This document shows, piece after piece, positions 30,803-44,279 of a DNA stretch of 64,000 bases (positions are counted from its first letter, which is position 1; the number at the start of each line of letters is the position of its first letter). Origin of the DNA: Eledone cirrhosa (Eukaryota); assembly GCA_964016885.1 (NCBI GenBank), contig OZ024743.1, positions 199,082,001 through 199,146,000 on the forward strand, read 5' to 3'. The notes under the pieces were generated by a model. That model was given only the letters and a program-made list of their open reading frames with translations, was not told the DNA's origin and did no database searches. A program made the translations under genes and the position numbers.

Positions 30803-30803
<1 letters not shown>
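30190..30803 (-). mobile_element. 5'-truncated copy of the long RTE family
   Basis: ORF EKLGIRGIRCWLLERRLRWYDHVIRGKDDSCIKKCRTIKIDGSHGVGRPRKTWDD is nearly identical to the end of 48944-49768; includes 3' UTR and (GAT)n tail. Confidence 0.9.
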
Positions 30804-30876
<73 letters not shown>

Positions 30877-31186
30877 GAATAGAATGAAACGAAATTTAAT
30901 TTCTCACTCTTAGTACGGCACTTACTTAAATGTAAGTATGTATGTATGTATACGTACATACATATATGTATACAGACGTACAGTAGTATGTATATATATA
31001 CATACATGCACACATATATATATATGCACGTATCGGTTGAGTGAGAAATGAAATTTCGTTTCATTCTATTCCATTTATCGTTTTCTGTGCGTCCGACCAA
31101 CTGAACTCACTCGATATCCAAATTAGGCTGCTCAGCCGTTAATATGCAAAAGGAAAGTATATAATTTCAGACGTTCAACCATCTGG

Positions 31187-31246
31187 CAGGAAGGTATACG
31201 ATGCTGACGATAGGTTAATAAGCTTGAAACTAGTACATCATTCCTG
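31187..31246 (+). ncRNA. Type I hammerhead ribozyme, array copy 1
   Basis: CAGGAA-ggtata-CGATG CTGACGA taggttaataagctt GAAAC ta GTA^CATCA TTCCTG; predicted cut after 31235. Confidence 0.75.
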
Positions 31247-31635
31247 TGTCAGTGTTGAACAAAAAGGTGACGTGGTTGCCTAAACACTGTACGGCGTAAT
31301 TCGGGCTGTTTGTTTGTTTACAAACAAACAAACCGAGCATTATAATAAATGTTCGGTAAACCGATACGTGCATATATATATGTGTGTGCATGTAGGTATA
31401 TATATATACATACTACTGTACGTCTGTATACATATATGTATGTACGTATAGATACATACATACTTACATTTAAGTAAGTGCCGTATAAGAGTGAGAAATG
31501 AAATTTCGTTTCATTCTATTCCATTTATCGTTTTCAGTCCGACCGACTGAACTCACTCGATATGCAAATTAGGCTGCTCAGCCGTTAATATGCACAAGGA
31601 AAGTATATAATTTCAGACGTTCAACCATCTGTCAA

Positions 31636-31690
31636 GGAAGGTATACGATGCTGACGATAGCTAATAAGCTTTAAACTAGTACATCGATCC
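31636..31690 (+). ncRNA. Hammerhead copy 2, core mutated (GAAA>TAAA), probably inactive
   Basis: CTGACGA at 31651, but TAAAC at 31672 removes the catalytic G12. Confidence 0.65.
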
Positions 31691-32062
31691 TGTGTTAGTG
31701 TTGAACAAAAAGGTGACGTGGTTGCCTAATCACTGCACGGCCTAATTCGGGCTCTTTGTTTGTTTACAAACAAACAAACCGAGCATTATAATAAATGTTC
31801 GGTAAACCGATACGTGCATATATATATGTGTGCATGTATGTCTATATATACATACTACTGTACGTCTGTATACATACATACATACTTACATTTAAGTAAG
31901 TGCCGTACTAAGAGTGAGAAATGAAATTTCGTTTCATTCTATTCCATTTATCGTTTTCGGTGCGCCCGGCCGACTGAACTCATTCGATATGCAAATTAGG
32001 CTGCTCAGCTGTTAATTTTCACAAGGAAAGTATATACTTTCAGACGTTCAACCATCTGGCAA

Positions 32063-32117
32063 GGAAGGTATACGATGCTGACGATAGCTAATAAGCTTGA
32101 AACTAGTACATCGTTCC
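32063..32117 (+). ncRNA. Type I hammerhead ribozyme, array copy 3 (intact)
   Basis: GGAA-ggtata-CGATG CTGACGA t AGCT aata AGCT t GAAAC ta GTA^CATCG TTCC; predicted cut after 32108. Confidence 0.85.
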
Positions 32118-32489
32118 TGTGTCAGTGTTGAACAAAAAGGTGACGTGGTTGCCTAATCACTGCACGGCCTAATTCGGGCTCTTTGTTTGTTTAGAAACAA
32201 ACAAACCGAGCATTATAATAAATGTTCGGTAAACCGATACGTGCATATATATATGTGTGCATGTATGTCTATATATACATACTACTGTACGTCTGTATAC
32301 ATACATACATACTTACATTTAAGTAAGTGCCGTACTAAGAGTGAGAAATGAAATTTCGTTTCATTCTATTCCATTTATCGTTTTCGGTGCGCCCGGGCGA
32401 CTGAACTCACTCTGTATGCAAATTAGGCTGCTCAGCCGTTAATATGCACAAGGAAAGTATATACTTTCAGACGTTCAACCATCTGGCAA

Positions 32490-32544
32490 GGAAGGTATAC
32501 GATGCTGACGATAGCTAATAAGCTTGAAACTAGTACATCGTTCC
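32490..32544 (+). ncRNA. Type I hammerhead ribozyme, array copy 4 (intact)
   Basis: Identical motif to copy 3; predicted cut after 32535. Confidence 0.85.
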
Positions 32545-32918
32545 TGTGTCAGTGTTGAACAAAAAGGTGACGTGGTTGCTTAAACACTGTACGGCGTAAT
32601 TCGGGCTGTTTGTTTGTTTACAAACAAACAAACCGAGCATTATAATAAATGTTCGGTAAACCGATACGTGCATATATATATATGTGTGCATGTATGTCTA
32701 TATATACATACTACTGTACGTCTGTATACATACATACATACTTACATTTAAGTAAGTGCCGTACTAAGAGTGAGAAATGAAATTTCGTTTCATTCTATTC
32801 CATTTATCGTTTTCGGTGCGCCCGGCCGACTGAACTCATTCGATATGCAAATTAGGCTGCTCAGCCGTTAATTTGCACAAGGAAAGTATATACTTTCAGA
32901 CGTTCAACCATCTGGCAA

Positions 32919-32973
32919 GGAAGCTATACGATGCTGACGATAGCTAATAAGCTTGAAACTAGTACATCGTTCC
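32919..32973 (+). ncRNA. Type I hammerhead ribozyme, array copy 5 (intact core)
   Basis: Same motif with bulge GCTATA; predicted cut after 32964. Confidence 0.85.
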
Positions 32974-33365
32974 TGTGTCAGTGTTGAACAAAAAGGTGAC
33001 GTGGTTGCTTAAACACTGTACGGCGTAATTCGGGCTGTTTGTTTGTTTACAAACAAACAAACCGAGCATTATAATAAATGTTCGGTAAACCGATACGTGC
33101 ATATATATATGTGTGCATGTATGTATATATATACATACTACTGTACGTCTGTATACATATATGTATGTACGTATAGATACATACATACTTACATTTAAGT
33201 AAGTGCCGTACTAAGAGTGAGAAATGAAATTTCGTTTCATTCTATTCCATTTATCGTTTTCGGTGCACCCGGGCGACTGAACTCACTCTATATGCAAATT
33301 AGGCTGCTCAGCCGTTAATATGCACAAGGAAAGTATATACTTTCAGACGTTCAATCATCTGGCAA

Positions 33366-33419
33366 GGAAGGTATACGATGCTGACGATAGCTAATAAGCT
33401 TGAAACTAGTATATGTTCC
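33366..33419 (+). ncRNA. Hammerhead copy 6, stem I weakened
   Basis: Core intact, but the 3' strand of stem I reads TATG instead of CATCG. Confidence 0.65.
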
Positions 33420-33637
33420 CGTGTCAGTGTTGAACAAAAAGGTGACGTGGTTGCCTAAACACTGTACGGCGTAATTCGGGCTGTTTGTTTGTTTACAAAC
33501 AAACAAACGGAGCATTATAATAAATGTTCGGTAAACCGATACGTGCATATATATGTGTGCATCTATATATATACATACTACTGTACGTCTGTATACATAT
33601 ATGTATGTACGTATACATACATATATATATATATATT

Positions 33638-33712
<75 letters not shown>

Positions 33713-34378
33713 ACATCATCCTTTTGTTGCTACACTTCAAATGTAATATAAATTGAAGACAGTAAGTGCTGACACTGCATATAAACTTATAAAAATGTCT
33801 ATAATTTTCAGTGAAATTATAGCTTCAAATCAATAGTATGAGCTATTCACCAAAATATAAATGAAGCCACACATTTCTAGCTATAGTTGTTATTGTGGAT
33901 ATGGTTATTGTTGTAGCTATTGTTATATATCTTTTAGACGTGTTTATTATATGCAGGCTTACCTAAGTATAACATATTGCACCAACATTTTATTCTCAGA
34001 AAAAATAAATATACCTAAAGGCATAAAGAATAAAATGTTTTCTTTCTCTATTCATTTTATTTAATATAGTTCATTCTGGTTTCAAAAAATTTCTTTATTT
34101 ATTATTCTTTATTAGTTTTCTAATTTGTTTTGCTTTAAATATTATCATTGTTATTGCAGACTTTCTAATTTACTTACTTTTAAATGATTTCAAAAGAATT
34201 AACGTGACAAAATAGCTTTTTCTTCATGCCAATAGAAAAAATGAAAAATAAAAAAGAATACAGTAAATATATTTTTTTAAATTTGAAACAGCGATACGCA
34301 TACATATGTATGTGTTTGTTTGTGTGAGTGTGTCGGTGTGTTTCAAATGCTTTAAAATATATATTTAGCATATTCTTT

Positions 34379-34444
<66 letters not shown>

Positions 34445-34531
34445 TATATATATATATATATATATAAATATACATATACATATATATATATATAAATATA
34501 CATATACATATATGTTTATATATAAATATAC

Positions 34532-34581
<50 letters not shown>

Positions 34582-34675
34582 GTATGTATACATTTATACA
34601 TGTGTATATAAATATATATACATATATCTTTCTTATATTTATAGATAGATACATATATATACATGTATATATATT

Positions 34676-34741
<66 letters not shown>

Positions 34742-36260
34742 TATATATGTGTGTGTGTAATGGTAAGAAGGAGTTGGAGGAGTAAACTAAGTTTGGCAGA
34801 TCTGTTGTTTGCACTTGTATTAAAGTGAAGTCAAGTACAATATCTTGTAAAACTAGATTTTAACAAGGAACAGAATATGTTTTGTATTGTATTATTTATT
34901 TATTTTACAAATCTGAAAACCTTTGTTTGAAAATTGCAATGTACGATTTCAGGTTTGTAACTGTAGGCTTTCATATTTTCTTTGTTCTCTTTCTAATTCT
35001 CTTTCTGTATCTCCTCCATATAGAGTAATACATATGTATATTATCATTATCATCATCATCATCATTATCCATCTATTTCCCTTGTTATACAAGGTCGGAC
35101 AGGTAATCACAGGCTAAATTAGTACTTAATTAGTGCCAATATAGGTATGCATGTTTTTATCATTAGCATCGATATTATATTGAATTAAAATCCTCTGAGA
35201 TACGTTGGATGTTCGCCTGTCCCTTATATGTCCCATTTATGGCACCATTTCAATAGCTGGATACCCTTCCTAACACCAACCACTTTACTTTAGTGCATTT
35301 CATAATGACCTCAGGACTAGGATGCTGCTCTGTCCTTGATAGACCCAAACAGATGTCTTCGGTTGCATCATATTTTTGTTACAGCCCACATATTTATGTC
35401 AAGTTTAACTTGCCTCCAGTTCTATCATGAAAAGCTTCCCACCTGGACTAAATGCCAGTCCATTACAGAAGCCTTCAACTGCTTGATGGTACTCATTACA
35501 TTTTTCAGTGATGTAGACTGGGGCAACATGAAATGAGACATCTTACTCAAGGACACAACATGCTACTTGGTCCAGAAATCAAACCCATAATTTTATGATC
35601 ATGTGACCAACATGCTAACCACTAATTTTTTTTTCCAGCTGCCTTCCTTTTATGTTTAATGTAAATGATAATTATTCTTATATGTTTTTTTTTCATCAAA
35701 CATTTTTTAAACAAATAATTTCCCAGACATATAATAAGTTGACCACACTTTAATTGATATCTACCTACTAAGTACTTGGTACAACACTATGGATTATGCT
35801 GGTTGTATGATAATCTGTATTCAAGTATAAACTGGAACAAAAATTTAGTCATCAAACATAGCATGTTTTCAGTTGGTGTCATTCAAGCTGTTTTCCCATT
35901 ATTTTTTTAGATTTTAAACAGACATAGAAGTTTTATATAGTAATTACCTGGATAATCTCAGTTGAACAATGATTGTCAACTTAACACTTTCATTGTCATA
36001 TTTCTAATAAGTTACACTCTATTTGAATTAAGTGATGCAAAATTAGAATTTCATTATTAAGATGGATTTGAAATATAACAAAATATTCTTATATAAAATG
36101 ATATCATTTAACTAGAAACCTTTTTATGAGTGATTTTGTTCCATTCACCCCAAGGCAATTTTTTGTGGGTTGGCATTAAAAGGATTAATCTAGACTCTTC
36201 CTTATTTGTGGTATGTGAATTTTCAAGTTTATTCATTGGGTAGGATACAGAATCTAGTTA

Positions 36261-36476
36261 TTAACCCTTTAGCATTTACATTACTCTATATTTACTATTG
36301 TATTTTCATGGTAAAGTTTTTATCTCACATAATATCGAATCTATAAGATTTTTGTGTTATATATTTTGAGAAAAATACCTTAATATAGGTATGAGCAGCC
36401 AGTTACAACCAGTTTGAACAGAAAGAGGTGCGAGAGTTTTGGCCAGATACATCCGGTTTAAATGCTAAAGGATTAA
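36261..36476. mobile_element. TTAA-flanked piggyBac-type MITE
   Basis: TTAA-CCCTTTAGCATTTA ... TAAATGCTAAAGGA-TTAA terminal inverted repeats. Confidence 0.8.
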
Positions 36477-37158
36477 TATGCAGCATAATGTGCAGTCAAT
36501 GCCCACTATTAACATCTCTATCTCTAGATGTTAATTTGAACTAAAAACATTGTTTGATGAAAACCAAGCAATATTTCAGTTCACTGAAAGTGAGACATAA
36601 TAACTTGAAATGGAAGCCAAGTCCTAATCAACATTTTATCTAGTTGAAGTAGGACTTAATGCTATGTTGTAACTCCAAATAGAATAACAGACTTTGAGCG
36701 AATTTGAGTAAAATTCAATAATGTTTGAAAGCTAATATGAATTAGTTTGATTTTTCCATTTGTCTAACAAATTTGAAACTGTTTAGATTTTGTAGTAATT
36801 GAGTGAGACCCTATTGAGACTAAACATAAACATCTGTGACTTTCAGAACAGATCAGATTTCGTATCAGAGTCGCGAGATATTAACACTCTGTTTTAGTTC
36901 CTTCTCCATCTAAGAGGTAAATTTCAATTAACTAATATTTTTTAATAACTACCTGATATCCTACAATCAAAGCATTGCTCAAAATTATTATCACTAAAAC
37001 TATTGGGCTCTTTTCAGACCCCTAATGAACAATAGCTTTCCATTTTTTGTATACCTAGGACTACACTATTCAATGTGTCATTCTTTTTTTATAAATTTAG
37101 TATGGTCTTTAAGGGAGATTTGGATGATATGATTAGCAGATAAAATATCAACATAGAA

Positions 37159-37432
37159 CAGGGGTTCCTAATGTGGGGTCGAGGAATCTCTGGGAGTTCA
37201 CAAAATTAATACGGTGGTTTCATGAACTAAACTAAAATTTCCAAGAGATTTGTTTAAAATATATATATGTGCTATTGGGTTTACATTCTTCTATAAATAT
37301 AATAATTTCTCTGTTTTAATAGTTATTCTCATTGTATAACAATCTGAGGGAGGAGTAATTGGAGCAGGGCATCAATGTGAAAATTCCTTTATATAAAAAG
37401 CGTTCTTAGTTGTGAAAAGATTGAGAACCTCA
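37159..37432. mobile_element. hAT-like MITE
   Basis: CAGGGGTTCCTAA ... TTGAGAACCTC termini; homologous to 12307-12577. Confidence 0.5.
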
Positions 37433-38822
37433 TAAGAGAAGCTCCCTTGAATACACAATATCATTGGATGGGAGGGAAAGAAATAATCTGTTATTTTGCA
37501 TGAATCAGTAAAACATTGGACAATATATTTTTGTGATACCTATTGAGGTACTTTTACATTTGAAGTTCATATTTTATCAAGATCAAATTTACTTCTCATC
37601 GTTCAGAGATGTGGGTTGTCATGAAAATAAAATGTCATAGGGGTGCTATCATGACATATGGCATGTCTTGGTCATTTTAAGCCAGGCAATCTGAACACAG
37701 CCGATGTTTTCTAAATAAGGAAATGAGAAAGAGGTACTGAAGAAATAAAGAAGAATGAACCCCAGTACTGGAGTGGCAATCTATTCATCAACCCTGAAAG
37801 GATGAAATGCAAAGTTGACCTTACTGGAGTTTGAACTCTGAATGTTTGGAGAGCTGGAATGAATACTGCAAAGAATTCTATCAGACATTTAGTGACTCTG
37901 CAAAATTGTCACCATGAAAATTAAATCCCATCTAAGATTAAATGTCATATACTCCTCCCTCTAAATATGTGCCCTTGTGCTATTTTAGAATCCTTTAGTA
38001 TTGTTGCAGTTGTTATTGTCCTTTGTGTTCTACTGTTTTCAACTGTTTTTAATATTTATTGATGTTGTTGTTCTTGTTTTTCTTGTTGTTGTCACTATCA
38101 TTGTCTTTGTTAATCCTCTATTGACAGTGATGTTAATGTAATTCTTGCTATTGCTGTTGTCATTGTTTTTTTCTCCTAATTATAAATTCATTTTAATTCA
38201 TTTATTAATGACTTAGAGCTTTATTTCGCTGACAAACATTTGTTTATAATGTTTATTATCAAATTCAAATTGGGTTTTCATGAAGCCAACCTAAATCAGG
38301 AAACGTCTGGCTGGAGACATCTTAATCCTAGCAATAATGGAAGAAGATTATCATTTATTAAACAATATTTGATATTATCTAAATGTTACTATTTTTATAC
38401 TTTGTGGGCAGGGATATTTATTTATTTATTTTATTTTATTTCATATTTTATTTTTTGTGAGATTGTGTAGGATGGGAGTTGTTTCTTGAGACAAAATCTT
38501 GGAAAAGATCTAGCAGAAATTTCAGTCAGAATTTAATGGATGAATACATAAGATATAGCTTCTCTAACGTGCAAGAAGTCAACTGCAAAATAGCAGGCTG
38601 AATATGTCAAAAGAATGAGATATTATTATGTATTGTGTCCCCTACATAGAAGGTGCTGACAGCAGATGGACTACCTGACCAGTGGATAATGTCTCTACTA
38701 CAAAATACAAAAAGGAAAACTCACTAATACAATCAAACAGACTAGAGCATGGCATGGTGATCAGATGTATTTCTTCAGCCATTATATTTAATTTCAGAAT
38801 GTGAAGGGCTGTAACAAATACT

Positions 38823-39046
38823 TTAACCCTTTAGCATTTAAACCGACTGTATCCGGCCAGAATTCTCTCACCCCTTTTGTTCAAATCGACTGTGCCGATT
38901 CACACTGATGTTAAGGTATTGTTCTCAAAATAAATAACATCAAAATCTCATAGATTTGATGTTATGTGAGATAATGATATGAGGTTAAGACTTTACTAAG
39001 AAAATCTAATAGTAAATATAGAGTAATGTAAATGCTAGAGGGCTAA
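38823..39046. mobile_element. TTAA-flanked piggyBac-type MITE, opposite orientation
   Basis: TTAA-CCCTTTAGCATTTA ... TAAATGCTAGAGGG-CTAA; interior is the reverse complement of the 36261 copy. Confidence 0.75.
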
Positions 39047-39849
39047 GACAAACGAAAGAATCTAATGATTCTGACAATCCAGCATCATTTAATAATTATT
39101 TCTAATTTTGGCACAAGGCCAGGAATTTAGGAGAAGGAAAATGTTATTATATTGACCCCAGTACATGCCTGGTAATTTATTTTATCAAGGATGCAAGATA
39201 AAGTTGATTTAGGCAGGTTTTGACCTCGGAATGTAAAGAACTGAACAAAAAATGAATTATTTGCTTTCCAACATTTGAAAATCCTGTTTTTTTTTTTATT
39301 TTAAAAGGCAAAATAATTTTGGCATTTTGTCAGTTCAGATACGTTTTTGCAGTGAATTTTGTTATTTTAATAATAAGAAAAAATATATAACAAAGACATC
39401 TATTATTGTTCAGGTCTATTTTATTAATATATTTATTTAGTTATTTATGTTGAAAGCAAAAATAAAATTAAAAGTATGTGTACAAGTGTGCATATGATTA
39501 TGTGAAGCTGTTATTGTTGTCATTATTATAGTTTTTTGTTGTTGTCGTTGGTGTTGAATTTATTGTTGTTGTTGTTGTGAACTGAGTTTAGTTTCCCTGT
39601 AATTTCTATATTCAGTTCATTGTCAGAAAACGTTCATCAGCAATAAATACATTAGATTTATATATGTAATAACAATAATACAATTCTGTTACATTGACCT
39701 ATGTATAAGCATTGAATAATATGTTGAGTCTATTTTAGCAAAAAAAATGAATAATATATATTGTAAAAAATAACAACACAGTAATAATAAAAGTCCAATT
39801 TGTTTTTATGAAATTCACTAAGTTTCTTTGTAAATGTGTTTGTGTGTGT

Positions 39850-39926
39850 GTGATGTGTGTATTTGTCTTTGTGTATAGGTCTGTGTGTACATAACCACAC
39901 AGAGACAGACATGTGCATACATATAA

Positions 39927-40007
<81 letters not shown>

Positions 40008-40743
40008 AGGAAGGAACTGAAGAAGATAATACACACAAGCCTTGATAAATAACAATATTTAAGTGTGATTGTGTTTAATGTTTATGTTTGTATATACAAT
40101 TATGCATGTGTATATGTATATATGTATATATATATATTTATATATACATATAAATAATCATATATTTATTTCTATACATATATATGCATACATATTGTAT
40201 ACATATATATATGTGTGTGTGTGTGTGTGTTTGTGTGTATGTGTGCGTGTGTGGACAGAGACACATCTCTACACAGGTTTTTAAACTCTAACACTATATT
40301 TATGCCTATGTGGGAAACAGCTAGTCAATATAACTGTGTTTATTGAACTCGATTCAAAATTAGGATTAACCAAAAGACACAAACACACGCTCACACGCAC
40401 ACACACAAACACAGACACACACACACAAACACAGGCACACACACACAAACACAGACACACACAAACACACACATGTCTAAATGTGCAGATAAATTATATA
40501 TTACTTACATATATATATATATAAATCTCTCTCTGTCGATCTCCCTCTCTCTCTCTCTGTCTATTTCTCTCTTTCTCTCTCATTCTCCTTCGCTCTTTCA
40601 CTCTTTCTCATATTTATATGTGAGTGTGTGCGTGTGTGTGTATATATATATGTATACATATATATATATATACATATTCATTATCTTCATTACCGTCATC
40701 ATCAATATATATAAACATATATATGTGTACGTATATATATGTA

Positions 40744-40791
<48 letters not shown>

Positions 40792-40817
40792 ATATATACA
40801 TACATATACACACACAT

Positions 40818-40890
<73 letters not shown>

Positions 40891-40900
40891 TATATACACA

Positions 40901-40968
<68 letters not shown>

Positions 40969-40990
40969 TATATATATACACATATATGTA

Positions 40991-41027
<37 letters not shown>

Positions 41028-41247
41028 TTATACATGAAAAAACTGTAATGGAAATAAAATTATATAAATAAAAAAACAAAAGCAAAGAAAATAATTACAA
41101 TATTATAAAACACAAAGCACAAAAAACACGAATCTTTCAGCCAGTTTCTGTTTCATTTCCATTTGACTTTTAGTTGTGTTTTGCAATAGTAAATAAAGAC
41201 CATACACATATACATATGTCATACTCACATGCATATAAAGACATACA

Positions 41248-41320
<73 letters not shown>

Positions 41321-41646
41321 ATATACACAAACACAAACATATATAGACACCTACACATACATGTACACATGCATACATACACACAGATATAAAAAGAGTC
41401 TTAAACATATACATGCATACACACACGAAACAAGGTGAAAAAAAAAATGTGAGTCAGAAGAGAAAACCCAAACATACATTATACAATAAATACACTGTGG
41501 TCATATTAACAATAAGCTGGCTGAAAATAATAAATAATAAAGTAGTTTCACTCTTTAGTTGATGTATTCAACTCATTCCAAATTTCACACAAAGCATTTA
41601 TGTTTTATATATATACAAATATATATATGATTATATATATATATAC

Positions 41647-41698
<52 letters not shown>

Positions 41699-42108
41699 AT
41701 ATATTATGCATGTATATATATATATACACTTTTTTACTTTCAGTTTTTGTTGAGAAATGTTTTCCATTTATTTTTTCTCTCTGTGTCTAAAAGATAAAGG
41801 AGATTTTTTATTCTTTATTTTTTATTAAAAAGATAAAATAAAAGTTCAAAGCTGTATGTAATATGCAGTATGTACAATATTATATATTGTTATAAAAATA
41901 AATTGTATATATATTTGAGCGTATGTGTCTACATATACATGTGTGTATACAAATGCACATATATAGATATGTATGTATAATATTTTGTGCTTAGAGAAGT
42001 ATTGTATATTGTGATAAAAATTAATAATTTTATATATTTTATACATTTCTACATATAAATACAATTGTGTTAATATATATATATATATATGTATATATAT
42101 GTATATAC

Positions 42109-42163
<55 letters not shown>

Positions 42164-42218
42164 CATATGTATATATACATATATATATATATACATACAT
42201 ATATCTATATATATATAC

Positions 42219-42308
<90 letters not shown>

Positions 42309-42661
42309 TTATGTATATATATATATGTAGTTATGTATATATACGTATATTCATGTCTACTAATATATAGTGAATGATTGTAAGTGCCAAATTGTTTGTG
42401 CATACATCTATTCTTGCAACTGTTGGAATATTTGTGTTCTTGTAAGAGTGTAAGTATGTGTATGTATGTGTGCCTGTGTGTATGTGCATACCTTCCACCA
42501 TGAATGTAAATAAATCTATCATTCAACATATAATGCATCTAACTACATAGACACAAGTTTTGAATAATCACGTATGTAATGTTGCCAATAATGTTTGCTC
42601 ACACATGCTGATGTAAAAATTAACATACACTCATTAAAATACACATAACTACAAACCGACT

Positions 42662-42702
<41 letters not shown>

Positions 42703-42717
42703 ATGTGTGTGTATTCT

Positions 42718-42793
<76 letters not shown>

Positions 42794-43270
42794 GTGTGTG
42801 TATATATATATACATATATTTATATCTATGTATATATGTGTATATATATATATATATATAAATATATATATATATATTTATATATATATTTATATATATA
42901 TATATATAAACTGACTGAAAAGGATACAAAAGCTCTTTGTTATTCTTTAAACTGTGACGGAATAATCAACAAGAATATTAACAAAAGCAACAGCATATTT
43001 TGACACCCACACACCAAACAATACTATCTTCATCTTCTCCATCACCAACAGTGAGAAACAAACAGAAACAACAGCAACATGAGCAAATGAACAAATAGGC
43101 AAAATAACAGAGTTTCTACTGGCAACAGAAAGTATTAGTTTTTTTTAATATTTTAGATTTTGTTTTGTTTGTTATCTGGGTTTTGTTCTTTTTACTTTGC
43201 TTTTTTACTTATTACCTACAGATTTCCTGGTGTGTATTTAAAAAATTTCTAGTGAGAGAGAAAATTATCA

Positions 43271-43326
<56 letters not shown>

Positions 43327-43378
43327 ATATATATATGGACGTTAAACGAAGATGATGATGATGATGATGATATATATA

Positions 43379-43429
<51 letters not shown>

Positions 43430-43479
43430 TTATATATATTTATATATATGTGTATATATATATGTATATATATATATAC

Positions 43480-43531
<52 letters not shown>

Positions 43532-43534
43532 ATG

Positions 43535-43573
<39 letters not shown>

Positions 43574-43634
43574 ACGTATATATAATCATTATCATCATTT
43601 AACGCCTGTTTTCCTACTCATGCCCACATATATT

Positions 43635-43685
<51 letters not shown>

Positions 43686-44214
43686 TTTTCATAGAACAAA
43701 GCAAGAAAATGCTCTAAGCTGAGGTGTAAAAGGACTAGTTGTATTGGGGAAACTAAAAAAGTAAAAAGAATTGAATTGTGTCATGTTGAAAGTAAGGGAT
43801 ATGAGCTGGAATTAGGGAAGGGTAGGTAAGTGGCAGAAATATACTAAAATATGAAAATTGAAGTCAAAACAAGAACACATAATGTAAAGAGTGTAATAAA
43901 GAAGAATGAAAAAAAAATGGAATATATATAATAATATAATAAATAAAAGAATTGGATGTAATTCTGAGAGAATGGTCCAGAGAAAAATAAAACGTAGAGA
44001 ATGGGAAAATAGGAAAAATAGGAATGAAATACACAAAGTTGTTAATACATTGTAAATTAAAACAGAGTTATGAAATAGCATTTGTATGTTAGATTCTCCA
44101 ATATATATCAATGTGTTTTTCTATATATATAAATATATAAATATATATATATACAGTCATATATATATATACATATACATATATATATATATATACATAT
44201 ACCTATATATATAT

Positions 44215-44279
<65 letters not shown>

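Larger units (their letters stand above)
30877..33621 (+). mobile_element. Hammerhead-bearing tandem array (non-LTR retrozyme-like): ~6 monomers of ~423-450 bp plus a 162-bp inverted 5' segment
   Basis: Unit start GAGTGAGAAATGAAATTTCG recurs near 31039, 31489, 31912, 32339, 32768 and 33215. Each unit has one hammerhead motif and no meaningful ORF. (TA)n lies at both ends. Confidence 0.88.

Noticed and set aside
31039-33621. CRISPR array or plain satellite interpretation
   Set aside because: No unique spacers, and units exceed 400 bp in a eukaryotic context; the conserved hammerhead fits a retrozyme-like repeat better.
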